Assembly: GCF_001194135.2 (NCBI RefSeq)
Contig: NC_068982.1
Span: forward strand, 538,199-593,634
Reading direction: 5' to 3'
Length of the DNA: 55,436 bases
From: Octopus bimaculoides
Lineage: Eukaryota
Numbering within the stretch: the stretch's first letter is position 1; the number at the start of each line of letters is the position of its first letter. Shown here piece after piece: positions 35,770 to 47,377 of this stretch. The notes below the pieces were generated by a model that was given only the letters and a program-made list of their open reading frames with translations, was not told where the DNA came from and did not search any database. The translations under genes were made by a program, and so were the position numbers.

Positions 35770-36400
35770 ATGTGGTATCAAAAGTTCCTGGACTAGTTAT
35801 GTTTAATAAGAAATAACTAGTTGTGTTTAATCAAAAATAACTTATTTACCTAACTCTCCTTCGAAATAGACACCTTCCCAGCGTTCCTGCCACTTTTGGA
35901 ATCCGGCCGTACGCGAATCGAAGACCTTGTGCAATTCGCTCTGGATCTCGACAGCGATGTTAAAACGATGATCTTTGAGCTACATTTTCTTCTTGGGGAA
36001 GAGATGGAAATCCGCACGTGCTAAATCTGGTGAATAGGACGGGTGCCTGTATCTGCCCATATCTCCATTGTATTTTGAAATCTCCTTTCACATTGAACAG
36101 TTTCTGAGTTCTCATATCCTTATTGCTGAGTTAATGTTAGGTGAGTTGTACAAAAGGCCAAATGTGGAAGTCAAAGTTGTGAGCGATATGTTTGCTGTAT
36201 GTCGATTAATGATGACCACATTTTTACTCTCTCACCATCACACCTCACATTTTCATCTTGTCCAAAATACTTGTAGTTTTTACTTGGCTTAACAGGTTCT
36301 ATTCTTAGGTCGTTCATTTAAAATTTTTCCTGTTAAGGCACAAATTTTGCTCGTTTTGGTATTATACGGGATCCATCAAATTTCATTCCATTCTATATAG
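35770..36400 (-). mobile_element. Mariner 3' fragment
   Basis: The minus strand carries a degenerate PYSPDLARADFHLFPKKKM...F*HRCRD-type C-terminal region; TIR-like gtggtatcaaaagttcctggactag. Confidence 0.6.
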
Positions 36401-36449
36401 AATACTGTGTAATGATATCCAATTGCTTTTCGATATGGTTAATACTCAA

Positions 36450-39130
36450 CCGGATGAGAACTCTAATGCAATGGCGAGTAGGGGGACGGTTTTTAGATAT
36501 AAGGTTTAGCAACGAATATGGAAATAAGCCGTCCTGGACCGACACGGGTTAACCTTTAGCAAGGCATGAACACCCATCAACCTTCCGATCTGGGTCATGA
36601 TGAGGCCATGGGAAGCAGAATGGAAGATAGGAAGTCTCAACAAAATATTCCCCTACCGACCATCTGAGACACTCACACGATGCTGAATAGAGGAATCTCC
36701 GGGAAGGTCAATGGTCAAGGTTACCAAATATCCGAGGGATATTACTATTAATGCCTATAGATTCAAAGGTCATAGTTCATATTAAACTAAAGAAAGATTT
36801 CAATGACTAACATTAAAATCAGATCTATATCACGCAGAACCAAAGAATTCCGTAACCGCGACTACAACGCGTCCTGCAGTGGTATTGGCTATCTCCTAAC
36901 CTTCAAAAAGTCGGCTTTGGAACCAAACTAAACTCTACATTGTTAAAATGCAAACAAACATCCATAATCTTAACTTTCAATATTCGATCTGTAAATTTCA
37001 TTCACAAGTTACCGGAATTAGTAGCATCAACATCTCCTAAAAACATTGACATCACACGCATTCAAGAACATTGCTTTTACCTTGATAATTTAGACCTAAA
37101 AACTAGAGACAAGACTCGACTTTTATACCTGGTTCATCATGGAAAAACTCAACAATCTGAGAATAGAAATCCTCTTTAACTCTCAGGATCTGAAATCTCC
37201 AAACAACGTGCAGGAGTTTCTCCCTAGACAGATCATCACAAACGTCAGTGGCTACTACCTTAAACAACTGAACTTATGAAGCTGATTTCATAGATTTATA
37301 TTACAATTATTCAATCAATCGAAATGGTCAGGGCATGCTAGATTTCATCACAAAACATCACCCACAATACCTAAATACTAAGTTTTAGAAGAAGGGATTC
37401 AAGATATAGCCACAAATTTATACCAAAGGAACTGAGGATCAATTGAACTACATGCTCATAAATGAGTGGAAAACAGCTTGCAAAAGGGCCGAGCATTTAA
37501 TTCCTTTGAAGGAGATGGTCCTGATCTCGTCGTATGTGGTATACTAACCCTAACCACAATTTCAGATTTGCTCCGACAAACAAAAAACTCTCTAAAGCTC
37601 CTCTATATGACAGTAAAAAGCAATTTGATAATGTATCATCTCGGTGAAATAAAGGTTCAAGGCATTGCAAGCAGAAATAGAACCCAACTTCCGAAACGCA
37701 ACATTTGAAAATTTTTTTCACATCTTATCAACAAGCTGCAAAAATGCTTTCCCATCAAAATTAATATCAAACCCTGAATCTTATGAGAGTTTGAAGTCAT
37801 TAACTAAAAGCGCAATCAAACAAGATCTTGTTTACACTTACGATGTCAAACAAAAGATCTCCCCGCTCCCCAGTGATTTCAAACAGACCAATAAAAACTG
37901 CCATAAAACATGACGATGACATCAAAGTTGGTGATTTCACATTCGACCAAAACATTGACGTCTGAAAGGATCAAAGACAGGAATGCAATTGGTTTTGATG
38001 GATTATCCTCAGAAGTTTGGTTAACAGAGGTTTTCTGTGATACCCTTTCAATTCTGTATGACAATTTACAATCAATATCCACTTGAGAAATGTGTTGTAG
38101 GCTGTACTCTTCAATTGGCCAAGAAAGATAATTTAAGTAATTTAGGTGTTGCTAAAGTTAACAGAAGAATCATCCGTACAAAATTCTACAGCAGGTTGTC
38201 GCCGTTGTTGTTGTTGTTGTTGAATCATATAACCAGAACTGGAGGGGAAGGAGTCATGGAGTAAAATCAAGAAACGGATTCAGGAAAAATCGGTCTTCTA
38301 TTGGATTACAGTGTAACAGTCAAAAGAAACATCGAAAGAGATAAAAATCTATAGACAGTCTTATTGTTAATGAGCTTTCGAAAAGCTTTCGCCTTTGTCC
38401 ACCGAGGCAAAATAGAGCGAATGTTTTTTAAACATACGATATACTACTAGAAGTAGTAGCAGCAGTATTGAGGCTCTACAAAAATACAAGTGTTGAAGTA
38501 CGATCACATGATAGAAACTCTTCCAGTCTCATTTATCATCATAGCTTCAATGGATTAAAAAAAACAAAAAAAACTGGGATTCACCCGAACAATGGCCACT
38601 TTCCCGTGTCACATGATATCAGCAATGGCAGATGAAGATTATAACTGATGATAACATTCTGTTAGCAGGCGCAATCTCAGAAGCTACCTTCCTTCTACAC
38701 GAGCTTGGGAAAATGGTAGAAGGTATTAGTCTTTATGTCAACGCTTCAAAGTATGAATACCTACAAAGTATCTACTTATAAAGCCTTCCTGGTTTTTGAC
38801 AAGGAAGATTTTAATAAGTAGACCAAACGAAACTCTCTAAAATCTGTAGACTCTTTCGTATACCGAGAAAATATCACATTTATAGAATGGTAACACTTTG
38901 ATTCGAGAAAGCATGGTCTGTTCTTCACGGTGTTTGTGTCAGCTGGAAGTCATCGTCACCCAATAATCTTGAGAGGAACTTCTTCAGTGCCACCATGGGA
39001 CGGGTATTTGTAAGAGTCTAATGTTTTAACATTCCTCAAACACTTGCAGGCAAAGTATGATGGAGAATGTTACCGGCTGTTGAGAATATCTCTTGGAAAA
39101 AGGATACGACTAAACAATATATGGAAGACT
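36450..39130 (+). mobile_element. Decayed LINE (RTE-X-like) with AP endonuclease and RT remnants
   Basis: TFNIRSV...IDITRIQEH (APE N-terminus), GFDGLSSEVW, GCTLQLAKKDNL, FRKAFAFVHRGK; many stops and frameshifts. Confidence 0.75.
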
Positions 39131-39151
39131 TCTTGCTATCAATGATGTCAT

Positions 39152-39190
<39 letters not shown>

Positions 39191-39219
39191 AGAGAGTATA
39201 TTACTATAGAGAGAGAGCA

Positions 39220-40400
39220 AAGCAAGAATTCACTAGTGATGCACTCTGATGGCCTCTCTGACATTGATATGAGTTGACCGTCGAGGCGAAAATACTTTAT
39301 TGAACAATTCTTTACAGAAACGAAATTTTGCCCTGATAACCTCTCGAACACTAGGCAGGGGTCATGATGGGAGTTGCGATCGAGTTGTGTGCAAATCCGA
39401 GCAAATTCAATCGTCCAAAAAATGGAAGTTGAGAGATATTTTTAGATTCAAGATTTCTATAAACACCGTTTCTATAAAACATGTTTGAGAACAGATATGG
39501 GAATGCATTTAACAAGAGACAGATGTCATTAGTTTGTCCCCACCTTTTAGAAGTAGGGTGGTCTCCTATGTTTTTGATAGGTTAACAGTGGTTGTGGGAC
39601 TTTGAGTTATTGTAAAGCTTTGAGAATCCATCTCTGTGATATGCTGTTGAAAGATATTCTATAACGAAGCTTTTGCAGTTCTTTAACTGGTTTCTTGGAT
39701 CATTTTGTTAAGTAGCTGTTCTCTTCCGCTCCATACATTTTTCGTTCTCTTAGATTTCCCAAGTGTTTATAATATTGTGCTTGAACAAGATTTGGCACCC
39801 AGTGTATTTAATAAATTTAATATCATGGAAGGATATCGGTTAGTAATTTGTATCCTGAATGATTTTCGCCACTTTTTGGAATGAGAAGAGTGACAAGTAG
39901 AAACCATGCGAGCAGACAGAAATGCACTCAGATGTTCTTTCCAGATAAAATACTAAAATGCTAACTTCTTGCATCAATATCCTGTTTTAAGATCTCGGTC
40001 CGGAAATGTTCTGTTTGATGTTCCCTCTGCAACCTTTTCTTATTGCTTTGGCTTTACATCCACATAATTTGTTTATTAAACTTATATTTTCTTCCTCTTA
40101 TTCACTTTCCCTTCCAGTTTTTTTGTTCTTTCACAGAAATTGTGCCAATTTCCGTTGTAGTTATGGCACTTACATTTTTGGTTTCTTTAGCGAACAATTT
40201 CTTCAGCATTTTGCTTTTATAACACGTTGATGTGTTTTTTAGTTTCTGTGACTGAAATTCTTCTTGTTTCAACGGACATAGTTTTTGTTTCAAGTTTAAA
40301 ATACGTTTTCAAACTGCTTTATTTTATTTCTTTTGATGCATTCTGGATGTATGTGCTGTGTTGCATTTTATAACCACGAAAATATGTGAAATGTTTCTCC
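39220..40400 (-). mobile_element. Possible decayed RTE-like LINE fragment
   Basis: Weak minus-strand resemblance (TLLLKGGDK, QNFVSVK) to the RT domain-1/2 region. Confidence 0.3.
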
Positions 40401-41689
40401 ATAGAAATACATTTTATTATAATCCAGGACTCTTGTCTGCATCAAGAGTTCTGCATGGCAGATAATCTCTCTTGCACTGACTGAGGTCGCATTTCTCATC
40501 TAAAAACTAGATTTACGTTCCATGAAAGATGATCACATGACAGGAGAGTAACTGAAATGCTTATATGCACACAACTCCAGTAGTCCGAGTGGAGTACTGC
40601 TGTCCATTATGTCCAATGATGTGATCATCTATTGCAGAGCAGAAGATGCGTTTTGGACAAAAATGCAGAGATGCTGTTGATGTGATTCTTGACCGAATTT
40701 TGTGCTACATTTGTCACACAAAACAAAATTAAAACTGAAATCAAGATAAAACCAAGTTATTTAATGTGATTACAAGTACATGTCTGTAATGAGAAATCGA
40801 GTTGATGACCATCACACAGACAGACAGACACACACACACACAGAGGCACACACACGTTCTCTTACAGAATCCACCCTATGCCACACAAACGTGCATCTAC
40901 ACACACAGACACACATACATACATCAGCGCGCATATACACGAGCACACACGCTCCTTTTTCACTCTCTCCCTCTCTCACAAACATTCCCACACATTTCCA
41001 TCTAAATACAGAATCTGTAAAGACTCTGTGAGGCACATCTTAAATAGACCTGGAGTAGAGAGGACATGTCATTGATGAGGTCATGTGTGGAAACGAAAGG
41101 ACAAATCCAACTGATTGATTGACTGATTAATCGAACGACCAATTAAACAATCGATTCGTTAATTGGTTAAATGGTTAACCAAAATTAAAATAAAGTGAAA
41201 TAGAAGCAGTGCGTGTGTTTATAATTGGCATAATGATCCTTCCGCGATGCGATAAAATATGTTACAATATACAAGTTCAACTTGAGAATGCAGCAAACCA
41301 AATATGAAAACAAAATATGTTATTTTTCCCTGAAAGTCACTTCTTTCCAGAGCCTGGTTATATCATTCAGCGCTAGTATTGAATATTTGTCCATTTGCTG
41401 ACAACTTAGATATTCTAAAAAGGATATTATTAATAGGAGTATCTATAAAAGAATTGGGAAGATTAGAATGTTTGTGCATGTAACGTTAGTTTTCATTCGG
41501 TTTAAGGATAGAACATATTAATTTTAAAATCAAGGGTGACATCTAAAAAGTTCACCGTTTTAATCTTACCATTTCTTTTGAAATGGCAAGATTATGACTG
41601 CAATTGTGTATATTGCAAGACAGGCAAAGTTAAAAACATTGAAATTGTCAGGATTCGATCTGACATGCTTTCACAGAATTCTTGGCTTT

Positions 41690-41950
41690 ACGTTGCAGGA
41701 CCAACTGTTCAGTCTTGGAACAAATTAATGCTTTCAACAAAGCAAAGAACTATTCGTTGGTTCGGCCACATTAGTAGAATGACTGGGTCATATGTGTATG
41801 TCATCGTATTTGGACAATTAGAAGGTAAAGGAGAAAAGGACGAGCAAAGAGAGACTGGATCAAAGATGCTGAGACGTAGATTGGGATGAGAACATCGCAA
41901 TAAAGAAAGCCGAAGGCAGAGAGGAGTGGAAGAAAAAATATGGATTAAAA
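41690..41950 (+). mobile_element. RTE LINE C-terminal fragment
   Basis: QRTIRWFGHISRM...GQLEGK. Confidence 0.65.
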
Positions 41951-43604
41951 ACAATGGAAGAGCTTCTGTGGCAGAAATGCTTTATTTCCTTGGTGAGGTA
42001 GTCATGGTTTTTTTTCTCTTAATCATTTGATCTTTGATATTTTTGATATTTTTTCTTTCATTTCTCTTGTAAAAAAAATATGTTGTTAATAAAAATTATC
42101 CATCAAAAAAGAAAAAAAAAAAAGAAAAATATATTGAAGTATATTTATAATTGAGAATTTAGAGAATCAGACTAGTGTTCTTAGTTAAATCTCACTAAAA
42201 CAAAATATCTCATCTGGTGAAGGCTGGTTGAATGCCGCCCGTTGGATTCATCTTGTCGAGGGAAATGAAAACTGATCCAGCGCTTAGTAACAATGGTTAT
42301 ATAAGCTTGGACTGTTCTTTTGCCAACATAACGAATGCCCGAGAGACAATTATTGACTTTCATCTGAGGAAGCAAAATGATGTTCATGTATCACAAATAA
42401 TAAACATTTTCAATAATTAGGGACCTTAAATATCACATTTGTTGTATGGGAGGTCACATTACTCGGGTTCAAATTAAATTCCTTTGCTATTCGTCTTGTT
42501 TGTCAGTGGCTTGTAATTTAGCGTGCAGTGTCAAGTCAGTCTGGTTTGAGATTCTGGCTGCAAGAAATAAGGATTTTTATTTCCAGCCACAAGGGCCAAA
42601 CATAGCGGAGACAGCACAAGGACAGACAGAACGCCACAATGGGGACAAAAACATAAAACGAATGAAAAATAAGAAAAATGTTATATAAAAATGAAAAATT
42701 AAATGGCTGCATGAGCCCCACTCTCATGGCAGTATTATTTGAACGTTTTACTCGTAGTTTATAATTTTTATCTTTTTCCATTGTTTTTGTTCTCTCTTTT
42801 TTTTAAAAAAACAATTTTACTTTTTTTTTAAATATTCTATGAATGGTTCCAGTTCTCTTAATTCCACTACCTTCGGCAGCATGTCAAACTCCACCGCAAA
42901 TCCCGGTGGATCAATAAATAATGAAAGCGAACAAGGTATAACATGTAATAACTCGAGAATCCAATATTATGCAACAAAGGCAAGAACCAAATGAGTTAAT
43001 AAATACATTATTTCTGAAGTGAATAGTTGATAACAACCGTTTATACTTCAGTGTTAAACAAATACAATTTTAATGATTCTGCTAATATGCCATTTTAAAT
43101 GAATAAACAATATTTCGATTGTTTCAACTGTCTCGACCGAGTTGAATGCAACAAGTCTTTGTAAGAGTTAAGTGTTACTAAAATAACCAAAACAGCAGCA
43201 CTAATGTCAACAGCTCAACAACAAAATCTCTACGTGAATCGCTTGATTAGCAAGAGATAACCTCCAAATGTGTATACTCAATCAAGACTGACCGGGGGCT
43301 ACACATAATAACCTCATGGACAAAGAAAATAATAACAGCAGCAGCAGCCATTCTTGTCCCTTGCCAAGATGGCTGATTGACAGTTAGTGGCGATCCTTAT
43401 ACGTTTCCTTCGTTTTCTAATTTTCCTCCTCCTCCTCCGCCTCCTATTGTAGTTACCCAAACAGTTTTGTTAAGTCACACATTTCTCTGTTAGACTGGTT
43501 TATCATAACGAAAATATGTTGACAAGCCGGTTGAACAGGTCCCGCACTTCTGATGTGTCTTTACGCATCTCATTTCTTGTTCGGAGGCACCACTGCCTGC
43601 CTGC

Positions 43605-43605
<1 letters not shown>

Positions 43606-43670
<65 letters not shown>
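43606..43670. repeat. (TG)n microsatellite
   Basis: Direct observation. Confidence 0.95.
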
Positions 43671-43672
<2 letters not shown>

Positions 43673-44045
43673 ATATGATTTGCAAGTGTCATGTATAAAT
43701 GTATGTAGGTGAGTGTAATTGTGTGAATGACTATGCGACCATACAAGTGGAAATAATTTTCTCATTCTCTGTTAGGGTTCCTAAGGTCATATGTATGTAT
43801 ACTTGTATATATATGTAAGGAAATGCATGTATGTTTATGTATAAATCGACACAATTTTGTATATATTTGTCTCGTTTTGTGCGCTTCTGTATGTGTGTGA
43901 AATTATTGACGGCAAAAACAGAAACCAAAAATTATACCCCCTCCCCCTCCGTTCTCACCCAACAAGAAAATAGAAAACAAGTTACCAAGTGGGAGTTGAT
44001 TTTTAAACTGGTCATTTTGAAATTGTATTCTAACACGCACACACG

Positions 44046-44090
<45 letters not shown>

Positions 44091-44712
44091 GCGTGCGTGC
44101 GTATGTGTGTATATGTGGACGTATCTGTCTATGCGTTGATACATGTGATTACACACGATTTTTTTTTTGTTCAATCTTCCTGTTGTCCCAATCCTGAACA
44201 GATCCTGGGCTTCCACATCACTAGCTCTGAGTGTTTCTGAATTTAGTGAAAAGCGAAGAGATTAAGGAATCTTCGTTCATAAAACTAATCCCATTGACCT
44301 ACCGAAATTGTTTGAGGTTTTTAAGTAATGGAGTATCTCTAATATAAATTCACAAGAACGGATCAATTCAAGGGATACATTTTGACTATATACAACAGTT
44401 GTCTTCAGTCAAAGCAGTAAGTCACTCTAATTTACCTCCTGGTTCCGTTTATCTTTTGTCAGTTGATTTTTTAAAACTTATATTGATTTTTTTTTTAAAT
44501 GTGGTATAACAATATATAGTGTAAAGGAAAATGGTAGTGTGTATCTCTTTTTACCAATTCTTCAAAACCAGGTTTAGCTGGATCGAAGTCTACGATTGCC
44601 AATATCGCTTGTTTCGTTCGTACTTTTGTGCTTGGATCCAGCTGTGATAAACATTTATTAAGCAATAACTTTCAATAAGTTATGTACGTATCTATATGTG
44701 TATGTGTGTGTG

Positions 44713-44720
<8 letters not shown>

Positions 44721-44796
<76 letters not shown>
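44721..44796. repeat. (CA)n microsatellite
   Basis: Direct observation. Confidence 0.95.
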
Positions 44797-44798
<2 letters not shown>

Positions 44799-44862
44799 GG
44801 CGCAAGATGAACCCCTAAACATAAATAACTATACACACTCATGGGTAACATATAAACGGAAT

Positions 44863-44971
44863 ACCATATTGATAATGACCATATTGATAATGACCATATT
44901 GATAATGACCATNNNNNNNNNNCCATATTGATAATGACCATATTGATAATGACCATATTGATAATGACCAT
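44863..44971. repeat. 15-bp minisatellite (ACCATATTGATAATG)n, about 7 copies across a 10-N gap
   Basis: Exact unit repeats on both sides of the gap. Confidence 0.9.
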
Positions 44972-45036
44972 AAGAATCCAGACATGGAAAAACGGACAAC
45001 AGAGACGGATAGAAAGTAAGAGAACCTATGATGTAT

Positions 45037-45273
45037 AAGGCGCGGCGTGCTGGCAGAATCGTTAGCTCGCCGGGCGAAATGCTTAGCGGTATTTCGTCTG
45101 CCGTTACGTTCTGAGTTCAAATTCCGCCGAGGTCGACTTTGCCTTTCATCCTTTCGGGGTCGGTAAATTAAGTACCAGTTACGCACTGGAGTCGATGTAA
45201 TCGACTTAATCCCTTTGTCTGTCCTTTTTTGTCCCCTCTATGCTTAGCCCCTTGTGGGCAATAAAGAAATAAG
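45037..45273 (+). mobile_element. Young SINE family A with a probable TSD
   Basis: Least-diverged family A copy; flanked by agaacctatgatgta / agaatctatgatata. Confidence 0.92.
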
Positions 45274-45863
45274 AATCTATGATATAGAGCGTATTAAGGG
45301 GTCCGTGGCAAAAATCATTTAAATAAAGGTATTGGGAACCACTGATCTAAAGAGAGAGAGAGAGAGAGAAATGAAGTCGTAAAACTATCGACTAGATTAG
45401 TGGTTATCTTTAAGGATTTCGACCAGATTGGCAATTGGTAGGCATGTGCAATAACATTATATAACGACTGTAAGCTAATGAAGTTCGTTGCATAATTTCC
45501 TGTTCCTCTCTCATTTATTTAATTTCGTATTTCGCTCTGTGCTCGACCAACGCTGTTTTCTGAGGCAGAAGTGATTAGCATCGCTGTGCCTGAACGAAAT
45601 ATATACGTACATAAAATCCTTTTCTCTCTTGGTACACGGCGTGAAATTTTGAGGGAGAGGGCGATCGACTGTGTATTTGCTACTTGTTTTAGTCATTAGA
45701 CTGCGTCCACACTGGGTACTACCTTGAAGAATTTTTCGTTGAATGAATAGGCCACAGTACTGTTTAAGCCTCGTACTTATTCTATCAGTCACTTTTGTTG
45801 AATCACTAAGTTACTGGGAGGTAAAGAAATCAACACCGGTTGTAAGGGACAGACAGACACAAC

Positions 45864-45864
<1 letters not shown>

Positions 45865-45945
<81 letters not shown>
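45865..45945. repeat. (AC)n microsatellite
   Basis: Direct observation. Confidence 0.95.
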
Positions 45946-45949
<4 letters not shown>

Positions 45950-46000
45950 AGTAAAAACTTACTGTAGATGAGGCTGCGTGGCGTTCTATTATAAATATAA

Positions 46001-46660
46001 AATACATCAAGTACAGGACATCAGCAACGAGTATACGCGAGCGATAAGTACAGGACAAATTACCAAACAATATACAATAAGAAGAGGACACCACCAATGA
46101 GTGAAAAATACGTAAACACATAACGAGAGACAAATACGGGACAAAATAGCAAAAGAAGTCTGACCCCTCCTCGGTTGTCGATTGTTTATTGCTCCTTATT
46201 TCGAGCTTTTAACGACAAGATAGGAAAACTTCATTATACAGCAGCATCCAGAAATTTTTTTTTTAGATAGGGAGAGTTCTGGAGAGTTAGAGCTTTGAAC
46301 GAACAAACGACAAAGTGGACGTACAGAGTAAACAATTGACGAAGACAGACATTAAGGGCCGTTAGGCCAAGACGCATTTTAATGGGTAACGCTTGGGAGA
46401 AATTTTGAAAGGATATAAATACAAGAGAAGAAAATAATAGAAGAGAAAGAAAGAGAGAAAAATGTCGAAGGAGTAATAAACAATCGACAACTGAGGAGGG
46501 GTTAAACTTCTTTTGCTATTTTGTCCCGTATTTGTCTCTCATTATGTGTTTACGTATTTTTCACTAATTGTATATTTTTTGGTAATTTGTCCTGTACTTA
46601 TCACTCGTGAGTCTACGTAATTTTCACTCGTTGCTGATGTCCTATACTTGATGTATTATA
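46001..46660. mobile_element. Fold-back element with about 195-bp arms, related to the 46.9-kb Penelope-like family
   Basis: 46001-46197 is the reverse complement of 46468-46660; the core carries inverted ctgtcttcgtc and ccc(a/g)agcgtta motifs shared with 46860-47050. Confidence 0.8.
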
Positions 46661-46694
46661 TATATNNNNNNNNNNNNNNNNNNNNNNNNNNNNN

Positions 46695-47051
46695 GACATC
46701 TGTTTGTTTTCTACGCCGACTGTCTTCGTCTGTATATATATATATAACGACAGAAAGGAAACGAAAATGGAGAAAACTACAACTCAATAAAAGGCACAAT
46801 ACATTCTATGTGTGTGTGTGTATGGGTGGGTGGGGGTCAACAATCATGTTTCCGACCATTGATAAGATACATGATAGATTGCTAACCACTACACACATTT
46901 TTTTCTCTCTCCTTGTTTCTTTCTGTGTTCCTTTCTGTGGAAGAGCGTAGGCTCGAAACGTTAAAGACTTTTTCACTTCCCGAGCGTTAAACTAAGACAT
47001 CTGTTTGTTTTCTACGCCGACTGTCTTCGTCTGTATATATATATATATATA
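46695..47051 (+). mobile_element. Penelope-like or retrozyme-like unit with a 301-nt-spaced direct repeat
   Basis: gacatctgtttg...gtcttcgtctg(ta)n at 46695 and 46996, with a minimal hammerhead-like motif between them. Confidence 0.6.
46931..46966 (+). ncRNA. Minimal type I hammerhead-like motif, core variant
   Basis: CUUU-CUGUGGA-A-GAGC(GUAG)GCUC-GAAAC-GU-U-AAAG: 4-bp stem I, 4-bp stem II, loopless palindromic ACGU stem III; A6 is replaced by U. Confidence 0.55.
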
Positions 47052-47292
47052 GGTAAGCAGAGTTAGCGGTTAGAATAACTGTCTAAGGGATGACAATATC
47101 CGTTCTTATTACCGGCATCAATTACCTGTTGACCCTGGGCATGGGCATGCTAGTACACTATGCTCGTAGGGTACAGGTAAAAAAAACCCCCAGAATAAAC
47201 AAGAGTTTAAGTTTTGTATTAAAAAATAATTAACTGATGTTGGTCAATTTGTTTGTTGATCAAAAGTTTTCTCCATTTTCTGCATATTTTAA

Positions 47293-47297
<5 letters not shown>

Positions 47298-47374
<77 letters not shown>
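47298..47374. repeat. (AC)n microsatellite
   Basis: Direct observation. Confidence 0.95.

Positions 47375-47377
<3 letters not shown>

Noticed and set aside
42881-42935. Possible first coding exon MSNSTANPGGSINNESEQ-G followed by GTATAA
   Set aside because: Weak donor, very short, no recognisable homology and no downstream exons found; cannot be supported without transcripts.
44863-44971. Regular short repeats as a CRISPR-like array
   Set aside because: The units are directly adjacent with no spacers, in eukaryotic DNA.
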